From the NCBI GenBank assembly GCA_965227295.1, contig OZ245742.1, positions 5,280,001 to 5,344,000 on the forward strand: 64,000 nucleotides of DNA, read 5' to 3'. How positions within the stretch are numbered: the stretch's first letter is position 1; every line of letters starts with the position of its first letter. Source of the DNA: Leptonemataceae bacterium. Lineage in GTDB: Bacteria; Spirochaetota; Leptospiria; Leptospirales; Leptonemataceae. The notes under the pieces were generated by a model. That model was not told where the DNA came from and did no database searches. It saw only the letters and a program-made list of their open reading frames with translations. A program made the position numbers and the translations under genes. Positions 1 to 9,961 of this stretch are shown here, in pieces.

Positions 1-500
1 CCGAAGAGGCTACCCTGCCATTGCACCGCGTGGCGGAAAATCAACTCGGGTTCGAAGTATACGAACAGGAGGTGGTGGACCGCGTACAATACACTGATGA
101 ATACCACGGGGCGCCAATCGCTGTAAAGGCCGACCACCGTCATGGTGAACGCGAAGTGGAAGTGCATGGACTCCTGGCCGTACGAACCGTAGACGAACAA
201 CGAAAAGTAAAACACGAGAATGGCCGTGTTCGAAAACTTACTGAGCGCCGAGGGCCCGAAGACGAAATGCAGCGCGGTGGATGCGGCCGTAAGCAACAAT
301 GCCACGAACACCAGCGGGCCCACCGGGAGCACTGCCAGCCAGAGCCAGAAGGCGACGGCCAGCACCAGGTTCGCCCACAGCCCGATCAGCACCCTGCGTT
401 CAATGCGGATTAAGTCGAGCCGGCGATCGTCCAGAGACTGCCGGTGCGGAGGGCGAACGGCGGCGGAGTCGTTTAACGGGGTACTGGTCGTTGAGTTCAT
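1..500 (-). CDS. Partial CDS (N-terminus only): multi-TM sensor domain of the kind found in methyl-accepting chemotaxis or signalling proteins
   Basis: Not in the ORF track because it runs off the window. Translated by hand from ATG at 500: MNSTTSTP...LWANLVLAVAFWLWLAVLPVGPLVFVALLL...SMHFHFAFTMTVVGLYSDWRPVVFISVLYAVHHLLF. The HFHF...Y.DWRP...AVHH pattern is typical of this membrane sensor module. The output domain lies outside the window. Confidence 0.7.
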   Translation of the reverse strand, partial: MNSTTSTPLNDSAAVRPPHRQSLDDRRLDLIRIERRVLIGLWANLVLAVAFWLWLAVLPVGPLVFVALLLTAASTALHFVFGPSALSKFSNTAILVFYFSLFVYGSYGQESMHFHFAFTMTVVGLYSDWRPVVFISVLYAVHHLLFVYFEPELIFRHAVQWQGSLF

Positions 501-646
501 GGCGGGCTGCATTTTACGTCAACATTCACGCTGTTGTAAAGAAATATTAGTATATCTGCATCATTCATGGGGACCTGCGATTTGTTGAAAGTAAAAGGTC
601 CGACAACCGGAGGCAGGAGGCCTGCGCCGCTGCACAATACATTAAG

Positions 647-1876
647 TCAAAAAATCTCTTCCAGCACGTAGAACATGTTCTTGTCCGTACCGAATAACAT
701 GCGCTTACCGGCAATTACGGGCGCGCTGAGCACGGCGCCTTCCAGTTCCATTTCCCACAGTACATTGCCGGAGGATGCGGACAGGCACACGAGCTTCGGC
801 ACGTCACGCACATAACGCTCTCCCCGCTCGTCACCCAGGATGCCGATGTAAATGCGATCTCCCGCGATGGTCGGAGCGGAGGATGTCGGATAATCGAACT
901 CTTTTACCCAGGCGATCTCTCCGCTCTTCGCATTGAAGGCGCGCACTTTCGTATCGCCGGACGTAAAGATCACCAGGTCTCCGTAGAGCGCCGGCGCCAT
1001 GTAATCGAGCAGGTGGACGTGACGATAGAAGACGGTCTCCTGAGTGCGCGGCACGTAGTTCGACCACTCGAACTCCGTGTCGTACTCCCAGACCGTCTGC
1101 CCGGTCTTACGATCCAGGGCGTAGTAGGTTAAGATGGCTCCCCGAGAAGTTAAGAAGTTCGAGGCGTAGTAGACGTTTTGATCGTCGATGGCCGGGAACG
1201 AGTACCACACGTGATACTGCACGTTGACTTTTACGTCCCACAGGAAGCGTCGCTGCTCAATGTCGTAGGCGCCGAAACCCCGCGCCTTCGGCGCCCAGTA
1301 AACCACGCCGTCGTACACCTGAAAGGTATGATGCGACCACACCGGATTCGGCAGGCGATGTTTGAGATCACCCTCCGGACTCAAGAAATACGTCGAGCCG
1401 GTATCCGAGGTAAAAATGACCGTATCGTCGGTGCGCAGGATCAACGATTGCACGGTGTTGGAGGTCTGGAACTTCCATTTTTCTTTCCCGGTGGCAATGT
1501 CCACGGCGTACACGGCGCCGTCGTTGGAGCCGAAGTAGACCGTATCGTCGTCGGCGAAAGGGACCGAGTTCACGGCGTTCTTCGTGGGGAAAATCCACTT
1601 CATGTAACCGGACTCCGCGTCCAGGGCGTAGAAGTTACCGTCGTTCGAGCCGAAGAAAATCGTCTGATCCTTAATGATCGGCGGGTTAAAGCTTACGGTC
1701 TCGTCGCCCTGAAATTGCAGGCGCAGCTTCCACCGTAAACCCAGGGGCGGGTACAGGGCGTTCGTCGTATAGCCGGATCCGCCCTCGCCGCGGTACTCCA
1801 ACCAGTCCCGCTGCGCCTCGCAGCCGGCGAGGAACAAACACGCCCCGAGAATAAATACAATACCTGATCTAATCAT
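647..1876 (-). CDS. PQQ-like/BamB-like beta-propeller lipoprotein
   Basis: Lipobox FLAGC; repeated 'FGSNDG..YA.D..TG...W.F' propeller blades. Confidence 0.85.
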   Translation of the reverse strand: MIRSGIVFILGACLFLAGCEAQRDWLEYRGEGGSGYTTNALYPPLGLRWKLRLQFQGDETVSFNPPIIKDQTIFFGSNDGNFYALDAESGYMKWIFPTKNAVNSVPFADDDTVYFGSNDGAVYAVDIATGKEKWKFQTSNTVQSLILRTDDTVIFTSDTGSTYFLSPEGDLKHRLPNPVWSHHTFQVYDGVVYWAPKARGFGAYDIEQRRFLWDVKVNVQYHVWYSFPAIDDQNVYYASNFLTSRGAILTYYALDRKTGQTVWEYDTEFEWSNYVPRTQETVFYRHVHLLDYMAPALYGDLVIFTSGDTKVRAFNAKSGEIAWVKEFDYPTSSAPTIAGDRIYIGILGDERGERYVRDVPKLVCLSASSGNVLWEMELEGAVLSAPVIAGKRMLFGTDKNMFYVLEEIF

Positions 1877-1884
1877 AGATGCTG

Positions 1885-4437
1885 TTAGTAGTACAAACTC
1901 CGCAGACTGAAGCCGCGCCGCAGGAGCGACCAGAGTCCCGGCTTGCGCATCTCCACCACCGCCGTGCGGTACTGCCGCATCAGCCGCTCGCGGACGGCCT
2001 CGTACTCACCGGGGCCGTATTTCTCACGAAACAGCAACTCGGTGTACGTTTGAGCGAAGGCCCGCAAACCCACGTGGCGTTCGGCGTATTCCAGCGAGGT
2101 TTCGTAAGGACGCTTCACATCGTAGCCTTCCCGCGCCAGGCGCATCAGCAAATACTGAAACAGCGCCCGCAACGCCTTGCGAGATTTGCCGCGGGATGCG
2201 AAGTAAAAATACCACTCGCGCAGGAAACGGAAGCCGTAGAGTACGGCGATGATCAACACCAGGGCACCCGCGGCCACACGCAGCGCGAAGTACCACGGAA
2301 ACTCAAAGGCCCGCTGAGGCAGTACGTTCTTCTCCTCTTCGATCTCGGGGATGATCACGTCCTGGTTGTTCGGATTGAACTGCGGCTTCGGCGGAATCGC
2401 GAAGGCCGTGCTCTCGTAGTCGATCCAGCCGAAACCCGGCATCCAGAATTGCACCCAGGCGTGATGATGCGAGGTCGTCACGAGATAGAGTTCTTGCGCG
2501 CGATAACGTTGCAACGGTTTGATCTTCTTCTGGAGTTTTCGCACACCGGCCTGGTGCGCGGGCGTCTGCAAATCCCGGGACGCCAGGAAACCCACCACCA
2601 CCCGCGAGGGCACGCCGGCCATACGCCCGAGGATCGCCGCGGTGTGAGCGAACTCCGTGCAATCGCCGGACTTCGTTTCCCCCAGGAACTTATGCAACTT
2701 GCCGACACTCGTGTCCTCATCGAAGCCGACCTCGTACTGGTGCTCACGAAAACCGCGCAGCAAGGCCTCGATGCGCGCGAAGTAACGCAGGCCGTCTTGC
2801 TGCGGATCTCCGCGCCAGTTCGGAACGCTCACCTCTTCGTCGGCGCCGGAACTCCCGGCGCGCTCCTTCTGCTCCAGTTCGACCATATCTTTCTTAAACA
2901 GAGAGTATGATTTTTTGAGATGGCGTTCGAAGTCCTGCCGCGTCTTCGCATCCAGCTCCACGTCCAGGTACTCCGCGTAACGTTCCTGTTCCAGCGCGGA
3001 AAGATCACGCACGAGGAACCAGTCTTCCGGCGTCGACATGCTGAAGCGCGAGACGGCGTGGTAGGAAAGATCGAAGGGATGATACGTGCGGTCCTCGACG
3101 GTGGGCTGGATGCGAAACGGACGATAGGCCACGGCACGTTGTTTCAGCGACGAGAGATAAAAGACCTCGTGCGGTTTGCGTTTATCGTCGCGCGAGGTGA
3201 TCTGATCCTGCCAGGTTTCAGCAAGATGCAAACGAGCCAGTTCGTTCAACGGCTCCTGATCGTCCGGCGTCAGCTGAAAACCTTCGGTTTTATCGAAGTC
3301 GCCGTGGTACTCGTAGGCCGCGTAGACCGGGTCCACCGGACTGGCAATGACCATCAGCGCGGCCTGCGAGCCGCCTTCCCCGGAGGAGTTCTCCAGGAAG
3401 TTCTGCCACTGATCCGACGGAACACTGCCCAGGCGTTGGCCGCTCTGCCCCTGGCCGCCGCCCTGACCTTCCTGCTGCTGTCCCTCGCCGCCGCCTTCGC
3501 CCTGTTGCGGCTGACCGCTACCGCCGCCGCCGTTGCCGCCGCGAGGCAGTTCACTTTCCGAACCGCCCTGACCGCCGCCGCCGCGGTTTTCGTCCGGCCG
3601 GGTTTCCCGTTCGCCGGGATCGTCCAGTTCCCGGCCGCCGCCCTGGCGTTCACTGGGATACGGTTCGTCGCCTTCGCCCAACGGCAGGCCGTTGCCGGAT
3701 TCGTTGCCCTGACTTCCCTGCGCATCGGCCAGTTGGCCGTCTTCGCCGGTTTGGCCGTCACCATCCCCGGAAAAATCCGGCGTCGGCGGCGGCGGTTCGT
3801 TGAATTCGTTGAACGGAATATCGTTCTGCACGTAGGTCATCGGCACGAAGAGTGCGACGACGAGCACAATCGGTAATGTAATCCCGCTGAACATTAAGAG
3901 TTCCCGGCGGCGGCGCTGCCGCGAGCGATCCGGGAAGGCGGCCAGGTACAGGACGAGGCCGTGCACCAGAAAGGAAATCACCGCGAGAATCAAGAGCGCC
4001 TTCGCCACCGGCAACGTGGCCCGGGCCACGTCTTCCGACGAACGCGTGAAGCTGAGCATCTTGAAGTAGACCAGGCCGAAGAAGAACATCTCCAGGGCTG
4101 CCAGGCCGAGGCCGCGCCCGCTGCCGAAGATCATCCGCGTCCACACGAACGAAAGCAAGCCCGCTCCGAAAATGAGGACCACGGCGTACCAACGAAACTC
4201 GGACACCCACAGAATGGACAATAACAACAACGACGCCGCGGTGGCCGGGCCGGACCACCACGGCATCCGCGGCGGGCGCAGAAAGAACGCGGCGAACATC
4301 ATCCCCGGCACCAGGAAGAACCAGGTATACAGACCGATCCAATCGTACGGCACCGGCACCGCTTCGCCCGGCAGGTACGGGACGGTGATGAGCAGGACAT
4401 ACAGCGCCAATCTTGTGAAAAACAAAAACGTCTTCAT
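1885..4437 (-). CDS. Membrane-anchored transglutaminase-like protein with a DUF4129-like C-terminus
   Basis: N-terminal TM helices; G/Q-rich linker; GDCTEFA (Cys), HHHAWVQFW (His), GWIDYEST; C-terminal TM followed by 'RPYETSLEYA'. Confidence 0.85.
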   Translation of the reverse strand: MKTFLFFTRLALYVLLITVPYLPGEAVPVPYDWIGLYTWFFLVPGMMFAAFFLRPPRMPWWSGPATAASLLLLSILWVSEFRWYAVVLIFGAGLLSFVWTRMIFGSGRGLGLAALEMFFFGLVYFKMLSFTRSSEDVARATLPVAKALLILAVISFLVHGLVLYLAAFPDRSRQRRRRELLMFSGITLPIVLVVALFVPMTYVQNDIPFNEFNEPPPPTPDFSGDGDGQTGEDGQLADAQGSQGNESGNGLPLGEGDEPYPSERQGGGRELDDPGERETRPDENRGGGGQGGSESELPRGGNGGGGSGQPQQGEGGGEGQQQEGQGGGQGQSGQRLGSVPSDQWQNFLENSSGEGGSQAALMVIASPVDPVYAAYEYHGDFDKTEGFQLTPDDQEPLNELARLHLAETWQDQITSRDDKRKPHEVFYLSSLKQRAVAYRPFRIQPTVEDRTYHPFDLSYHAVSRFSMSTPEDWFLVRDLSALEQERYAEYLDVELDAKTRQDFERHLKKSYSLFKKDMVELEQKERAGSSGADEEVSVPNWRGDPQQDGLRYFARIEALLRGFREHQYEVGFDEDTSVGKLHKFLGETKSGDCTEFAHTAAILGRMAGVPSRVVVGFLASRDLQTPAHQAGVRKLQKKIKPLQRYRAQELYLVTTSHHHAWVQFWMPGFGWIDYESTAFAIPPKPQFNPNNQDVIIPEIEEEKNVLPQRAFEFPWYFALRVAAGALVLIIAVLYGFRFLREWYFYFASRGKSRKALRALFQYLLMRLAREGYDVKRPYETSLEYAERHVGLRAFAQTYTELLFREKYGPGEYEAVRERLMRQYRTAVVEMRKPGLWSLLRRGFSLRSLYY

Positions 4438-4490
4438 GGTAAATATCTCACACGCCCGGAATTAATATGAAGTAAAACAATGTTAAAGCA

Positions 4491-4640
4491 TTTGGGCGCG
4501 TCTGCCGGCAAGCTCCCGCCTGTCGGGAGCGCGGCAGTCGGTTCCCCTCCGGCGACCGCGCTTTCCAGGGCTCCGCCTTCGGCTTCGGTCTTTGCTGCGC
4601 AAAGACTCGCTTCGCGACCCTTCCAATCGCTCGCGCGAAG
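4491..4640. repeat. Copy of a dispersed palindromic intergenic repeat
   Basis: ~100 bp near-identical to 48557-48657; ends TGGGCG...ATCGCTCGCGCGAAG shared with other copies. Confidence 0.85.
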
Positions 4641-4674
4641 AATTGAACCATCATAACAAAACACCAACCAACTC

Positions 4675-6024
4675 TTAAACCAACGACACCTTCAGCTTCT
4701 CCTCCATGAATCGCCCGCCGCCCTGTACCGACGGCGCCGGTCTTGCCGACTCGCGGCGGAAAATCCACGGCCCGGGAATCGGCAGGTGTTCCTGCTCCAT
4801 GGGCAGCAACCGCACGCGCCGGGCTTCGGAACTGCTCGGGAAGTTCGTGCGGAAGATGTTAAATATGACGCCGGGCACGATGGAATCGTTCAGTCCGGTG
4901 TCGAACGGCGTCGAAAACACGAACCGTTCGCCGCTGCCCGCCACCGGCACCACGTGTTTTCCGCGCACGAACGGAATCGCCGCCAGGGTTTCGCCGAAAC
5001 GCTCGATGTCGTCCTCGGATTCGACCAGGTAGACCTCGTCCGCCGTGACCACTCGAAAGCGGAACTCCGGAAACTCGCGCTTTACCTGAAATAAAAACGC
5101 AAGCAGCCAGGATTTCAAGAAGTTCAAATGCATGAGCGCCGCGGGGGTGTCGACCGCCCCCGGATGGAAGTGCCGGAATTCCAGGTGCAACAGCTTCGAT
5201 TCCTCCGGCGATTTCGGCGAAATGCGCGTGATCATCTCGCCGAACCGAAACGACGCCTTCCAGTTGAGATCCTTGAGGCGATCCCCGGGCTGATACTCGC
5301 GCATGTAGTACTTCTCCTCGTCGGAGTTCCGGAAACGCTGCGAACTCTCGAACGAGGCGGCATTGCGAAACTGCGGCAGCGGTTTGTCGGCGAGCAGCGG
5401 CGGCTGCACCACGAAGCGCCGGGGCTGCGCCCGGCCGATGCGCGTCCGCGTAAAACCGAAAACGTCGCGCAGCAACAGGCGACCCGTAACATCCACCGGA
5501 CCGCACAACGGGAAGTAGACCGGGATGTCGATCTCACCGCCGCGGGAAGACGAACCTTCTTCTCGAATCAAGAACGTCGCGTTGCGACCGGCCTTGAGCG
5601 TACCGCGAATGACGAAATGAAAACGATAAAAGTAATGCGGCCGCGCTTCGCCCAGGTGCAACGACTGCTTCGCTTCTGGTTGCCGTGCGATCAAACCGCC
5701 CCGGGCTTCCCATACCACGTCCATCGTCTGCAACCGCATGGCCTGGAGCCGGCCGTCGAAGGCGAGGACGAACAACAGCAAGAACGACAGCGCCGAAAAC
5801 AAAAAGGCATAGATGTTCGAAGTACCAAAGGCCAGGCCGGCCAGGTACAACGCGCTCAGAAAGAGGATCGAGCCGGTAATGGTGAAGGGATAATAAAACT
5901 CCAGCCAGCGACCGAGGCGAAACAGAAACGCGTTCTCACCGTCTGCGACGTTGCCGGTCGACGCGGTCACCGCCCCTGCCGCAACAGCGGCCGGCGCGGC
6001 CTTGCTGTCTTCTTGCGTGCTCAT
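4675..6024 (-). CDS. DUF58 domain protein
   Basis: Two N-terminal TM helices; 'REYQPGDRLKDLNWKAS' motif; downstream of a MoxR ATPase. Confidence 0.85.
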   Translation of the reverse strand: MSTQEDSKAAPAAVAAGAVTASTGNVADGENAFLFRLGRWLEFYYPFTITGSILFLSALYLAGLAFGTSNIYAFLFSALSFLLLFVLAFDGRLQAMRLQTMDVVWEARGGLIARQPEAKQSLHLGEARPHYFYRFHFVIRGTLKAGRNATFLIREEGSSSRGGEIDIPVYFPLCGPVDVTGRLLLRDVFGFTRTRIGRAQPRRFVVQPPLLADKPLPQFRNAASFESSQRFRNSDEEKYYMREYQPGDRLKDLNWKASFRFGEMITRISPKSPEESKLLHLEFRHFHPGAVDTPAALMHLNFLKSWLLAFLFQVKREFPEFRFRVVTADEVYLVESEDDIERFGETLAAIPFVRGKHVVPVAGSGERFVFSTPFDTGLNDSIVPGVIFNIFRTNFPSSSEARRVRLLPMEQEHLPIPGPWIFRRESARPAPSVQGGGRFMEEKLKVSLV

Positions 6025-6027
6025 GGT

Positions 6028-7017
6028 TCATCGAACCTGCACTTCTTTTTCGATGCGGGCCAGAAGATCGGCCGGACTCTGCCCGGGGTCTTCCAGTTCC
6101 AGGCGATGCGCAAGCGCCGGTACAAGCAGTTCTTTTACGAGATCGATCGTGACGTAGCTGTCGCCGCGCACCAGGGCCAGGGCCCGCGCCAGCCGCGACA
6201 GTTTAATGCCCGCCCGCGGCGAACATCCGGTGAGGATTCCGGGAAAGCCCCGCGTGCGTCGCGTGAAGCGCACGATGTACGCAACAACGTCTTCGTGAAT
6301 CGAAACCGAGTCCACGAGCTTCTGCCAGGCGAGTAACTCGCTCACTTCCGCGACGGGACCGAAGCCGGCCCAGGAATTTTCTTTGCCGTGCTTGTGGACG
6401 ATGGCGATCTCGTCCGCCTCGTTGGGATAGCCCATCGACAGTTGCACCATGAAACGGTCGAGCTGCGGCGCCGGGAGCGGGAAGAGATGCTGGCCGCGCA
6501 GGTTCATGGTGGAGATGATAAAAAACGGATCCGGGAGTTCGTAGGTCCGGCCTTCGATGCTGACCATCTGTTCTTCCATGGCCTGGAAAAACGAGCCCTG
6601 GGTCTTCGGGGTGAGCAGGTTGATTTCATCGCACAAGACGAAGTGCGCGAAGATGGGACCGCGGTTGAAGATGTAGTTGTTCGTATTCATGTCGAAGCGG
6701 TTGAAGCCCAGGATATCCTGGGGCAACAGGTCCACCGTACATTGAATACGAGTGAAGTAGCTGACCTTCACGCCCTCGGCGGTGGTCTCGTCCTCCGCCC
6801 AGCGAATGGAGCCGGCCAGGGCCCGCGCGAGACTCGTTTTACCGACGCCGTGGCTGTCCGCGAGCATCACGTGACCGCCGGCAATCTTCGAAGCGATGAT
6901 GTGCTCGAGCTTCTGCCGGTCGATGGTGATGACGGACTGGATGTTCTTAACCACGCGATGGATACCGTCGCGGGCATGAGTGAAGAATGCGGGATCGATC
7001 TCTTGTGTCGTAGTCAT
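6028..7017 (-). CDS. MoxR-family AAA+ ATPase
   Basis: Walker A-like DSHGVGKT, 'RIQCTVDLLPQDILG', Walker B 'DEIN', 'LPAPQLDRF'. Confidence 0.92.
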   Translation of the reverse strand: MTTTQEIDPAFFTHARDGIHRVVKNIQSVITIDRQKLEHIIASKIAGGHVMLADSHGVGKTSLARALAGSIRWAEDETTAEGVKVSYFTRIQCTVDLLPQDILGFNRFDMNTNNYIFNRGPIFAHFVLCDEINLLTPKTQGSFFQAMEEQMVSIEGRTYELPDPFFIISTMNLRGQHLFPLPAPQLDRFMVQLSMGYPNEADEIAIVHKHGKENSWAGFGPVAEVSELLAWQKLVDSVSIHEDVVAYIVRFTRRTRGFPGILTGCSPRAGIKLSRLARALALVRGDSYVTIDLVKELLVPALAHRLELEDPGQSPADLLARIEKEVQVR

Positions 7018-7037
7018 AAGTACGTTACTGAAGGTGT

Positions 7038-7886
7038 CTATTCGGCGCCGGAGGGTGTAAACCGCGTTTTTTCCTGCTGCCGCTCACGGCGTAACGCCCG
7101 CCCGCGCTCCCGGAGGACATAGGCGTGCATCTTGCGACGAAACTCCAGCAACGCCTCCTCGAATTGAAGGAGGCCGCGATTCCGCGAATTGGGATTCAGC
7201 TCCGGCCGGCTCCCCGGTGAACCGATGCGCTCCAGTTCCTCAACGAGCATGAGCTTCAGCCGCGCACTCAGGCGGTTGCGCAGAAAGACTTCCAGGTCCG
7301 GCGTGGCGTGGATGAGCACGTGTCCCAGGGTATTCAGGTCGTTCTGCGCGATCATCTGATCCGCGTCGAAGGGCTGCCAGGTGAGGAGTTCCGACAATGC
7401 CGGCAAGACATCCAGGTCAGTGCCGCCGCTCCCCGGGGCGCCGTTTGCCGGGGACGATTTGTAGGAACTCTTACGCAGCTCCGCAAAGAGGCCGCGGCTC
7501 CGCTCGCCCGGCGGCTCGGCGTGTTCGAGAAAACTGCCGAGCTCGGCCTTCGGACCGGCTTCGGCCAGGGCCCGACAGAGCGAGACCTCCGACATCCGCA
7601 GCAGCCCCTGAATCTTCCCGTCCTTTTTTAAGAGAAAGGGCTCCGTGTGTACAAGAACGGAGACGCCCTCGGCTTCGAGGCGGAACAGGTTGTCGTTGGT
7701 CTTACTCAGCCGAAAGTGCGGCGTTTCTTTGAGCACGCCCGGTTCGGCCTGGCGTGTGATCAGGAACGCGCGCAGTTTTTCCCGCAGGCGACGCAACAGA
7801 TCGCCGAGTCGAGTATCCACATCGGGCCCGCCGGCCGCCGGAGCCGCCGGTTTGCGCCCGCCGAAAAGACGCCGCAAGAAGGACAT
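7038..7886 (-). CDS. Hypothetical protein; C-terminal part faintly resembles a FliG C-terminal-like helical domain
   Basis: 282-aa ORF co-oriented with the moxR operon (20-bp gap); 'FLRNRLSARLKLMLVEELERIG'. Confidence 0.6.
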   Translation of the reverse strand: MSFLRRLFGGRKPAAPAAGGPDVDTRLGDLLRRLREKLRAFLITRQAEPGVLKETPHFRLSKTNDNLFRLEAEGVSVLVHTEPFLLKKDGKIQGLLRMSEVSLCRALAEAGPKAELGSFLEHAEPPGERSRGLFAELRKSSYKSSPANGAPGSGGTDLDVLPALSELLTWQPFDADQMIAQNDLNTLGHVLIHATPDLEVFLRNRLSARLKLMLVEELERIGSPGSRPELNPNSRNRGLLQFEEALLEFRRKMHAYVLRERGRALRRERQQEKTRFTPSGAE

Positions 7887-8038
7887 AATCCAGCATCGGC
7901 CGGTCGCGCGGATCTCGCAATGAAATCACGACGGCCTTTCCGTAAGTATGTGCAGATATCCGGGATTTTTTTCGGGGCCGCCGAGCCTTTACCGGCCCCG
8001 GGCTTGCCCACGTTTGCGGGCCGGTTCCAGATTTCCCC

Positions 8039-8620
8039 ATGTCCCCGCCAATCATGCGCAGCATCACGATCGCCCTGCTCCTCTGCGTCACCGCGCTCCC
8101 CCACTGCACGCGTCGACTCGATTCGCATCGACCGGGTACGGGTTTGCTGATTGCTCAGGTGCAGGTACGAATCCTTTCCAGTACCATTGACGCGGAGTTG
8201 GACCTGGAATACCTGCTGATCGAAAAGGACAGCGGCGAGACCAGCACGGGTTATGATGACTATGACGACGGGGTCTACGTATTCAACGATGTCACCCCGG
8301 GCCGTTATCGCCTGTACCGGGGTTTCGTCCGGACGAACAACCTGCCCGGGGAAAACGTCGGCGGCGTTCGCCTGCACTTTCATTCACGGCCCGAGAACGA
8401 CTACGTGGAAGCCCTGCCCGGGACGATCATCTCTCTGGGTTCGTACGATATCACTATCGAGTACTCTATGCCCATATTTACCGTGGTCCCGAGTCACATA
8501 ACCTTCGAGGGGGGGCCTGGGCCGGAAGCCCAACGCGAGGGCCTGGATCTGTTCATCGAACGCTGGCCGGAAGGCTACTGGCCCGATCTGGCCCGCATGC
8601 AACGACGGGCAGCCTACTGA
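8039..8620 (+). CDS. Hypothetical exported protein or lipoprotein (start may be 8054)
   Basis: Hydrophobic N-terminus with Cys (LPHC); convergent and abutting with the next CDS. Confidence 0.65.
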   Translation: MSPPIMRSITIALLLCVTALPHCTRRLDSHRPGTGLLIAQVQVRILSSTIDAELDLEYLLIEKDSGETSTGYDDYDDGVYVFNDVTPGRYRLYRGFVRTNNLPGENVGGVRLHFHSRPENDYVEALPGTIISLGSYDITIEYSMPIFTVVPSHITFEGGPGPEAQREGLDLFIERWPEGYWPDLARMQRRAAY

Positions 8621-9412
8621 TCAATTCAACGAGATCAAATACCGCGCGCCCTCGGTAAATTCAGAGAGACGCGGTTCGAGCCGGTTCTGGAAAAAACCGA
8701 AGCTGTCGATGCGGGCCACGCGCGGTGCGTCCGCCTTTCCTCGCAAAACGCCGTAAAGATAACCGCAGAATTGCAGATGCCGCAGACAATAAAGCGTACC
8801 GTCCTTAAGTTCTCCATACTGAAAGTTACCAGCGTAGATAAAATAATCCTGCTCGGCGATCTCCACCACGTGACCGTCCACTTCAATGAGGCGATACTGC
8901 CAGAACAAAGCGCCGCGACCGTGAAAATCCCCGGCCCGAAATGCGCCGACGTACACCGATTCCAGGAATTGATCCGCCAGGACACCCCGACCTCCGGAGC
9001 AGTCCCCCTGCAAACAGATCACCAGCGCGAACGAACGCTTGTGTCGTTCGGCACCGCCGGTACGAAATTCCCAGGCCCCCCCGTATTCGTTCCCGTCGGG
9101 GAAACCGAAACTGCCCGGCCCGGGTCGCAGGAAGCCCCGCTCAAAAAGACCGCTGATTCGGTACCCGGGGGGCAGCTCCATGGTGCCGCGCCCGTGGGCC
9201 ATGGCATTCTCCATCCCGCCGCGATAGACGATCCCGGTTTCGTGAGCCAGCTCCACCCGCTCGCTATCGTAGAAGCCGAGGCGATAGGACAAACCCTCGG
9301 AGAAACTACAGCTCCGGCATTGCCAGGCTTCGGCGCAGTGACCCAGGAACGGGGCGGCAACGAGCAACAACAATCCAGGCCACAGGGCTGGCAATCGGAA
9401 GCGGGAGGGCAT
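8621..9412 (-). CDS. MORN-repeat-like putative lipoprotein
   Basis: Signal peptide with FLGHC; 'YRGGMENAMAHGRG', 'YVGAFRAGDFHGRG', 'CLQGDCSGGRG'. Confidence 0.7.
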   Translation of the reverse strand: MPSRFRLPALWPGLLLLVAAPFLGHCAEAWQCRSCSFSEGLSYRLGFYDSERVELAHETGIVYRGGMENAMAHGRGTMELPPGYRISGLFERGFLRPGPGSFGFPDGNEYGGAWEFRTGGAERHKRSFALVICLQGDCSGGRGVLADQFLESVYVGAFRAGDFHGRGALFWQYRLIEVDGHVVEIAEQDYFIYAGNFQYGELKDGTLYCLRHLQFCGYLYGVLRGKADAPRVARIDSFGFFQNRLEPRLSEFTEGARYLISLN

Positions 9413-9607
9413 GCTTCAGCGCGGGATGTACGAAACGGCCGGTCAAGACGCTAAGCCTTCGGCCGGACGACTGCGACGCCTTTTCAGAAAGATTGTGTAG
9501 ATAGTGCAGGAAGATCGGGAGAGCCGGTAAGATGGGTGCGCCGCGCGGGCCCGCGGAGGGCCAGGACGCGGCTCCGGCCGCGCGAGGCGACCGGAAGATG
9601 GAACGCG

Positions 9608-9627
9608 CCGCCCGGAAGTCCGGGCGG
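9608..9627 (-). terminator. GC-rich hairpin just after rpmE (possible terminator or stabiliser)
   Basis: CCGCCCGGA-AG-TCCGGGCGG; no clear U tract. Confidence 0.3.
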
Positions 9628-9632
9628 AGGCC

Positions 9633-9833
9633 TTACTTCATTTTGTACTTTTTCTTGAAGCGATCCACGCGACCGGCGGAGTCGATGACGCGCTGCTGGC
9701 CGGTGTAGAACGGGTGGCAGGCCGAGCAGATTTCGACGTTCAGGTCCGTGCGGGTGGAACGGGTCTTGTGCTCGGCGCCGCACGCGCACTTGATGACCAC
9801 TTCGGTGTATTCGGGGTGGATGCCTGCTTTCAT
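9633..9833 (-). CDS. rpmE: 50S ribosomal protein L31, Zn-ribbon (C+) type
   Basis: MKAGIHPEY...CACG...[12 protein letters not shown]...GRVDRF. Confidence 0.98.
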   Translation of the reverse strand: MKAGIHPEYTEVVIKCACGAEHKTRSTRTDLNVEICSACHPFYTGQQRVIDSAGRVDRFKKKYKMK

Positions 9834-9924
9834 GGGATATTACCTCTGCTGGTGAGACGCGGCGACGGTCAAGGGGTTTCTTCTATATATACACGCGGCC
9901 GGGATTTCATCGTGTTCAAAACTA

Positions 9925-9952
9925 TTGACAGCGAAGAATCACGACCCACATT
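9925..9952 (+). promoter_or_regulatory. Possible sigma70-like promoter for the 9962 operon
   Basis: Perfect TTGACA at 9925-9930, 16-nt spacer, weak -10 CACATT; would give a near-leaderless transcript. Confidence 0.25.
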
Positions 9953-9961
9953 CCGGTCCCC

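Noticed and set aside
21..588. + strand ORFs at the window start
   Set aside because: They are antisense to the more convincing - strand membrane sensor CDS starting at 500.
4434..4768. Short ORFs sharing 'AEPWKARSPEGNRLP' with the ORF at 48476-48748
   Set aside because: The similarity comes from translating the non-coding repeat element, not from a protein family.
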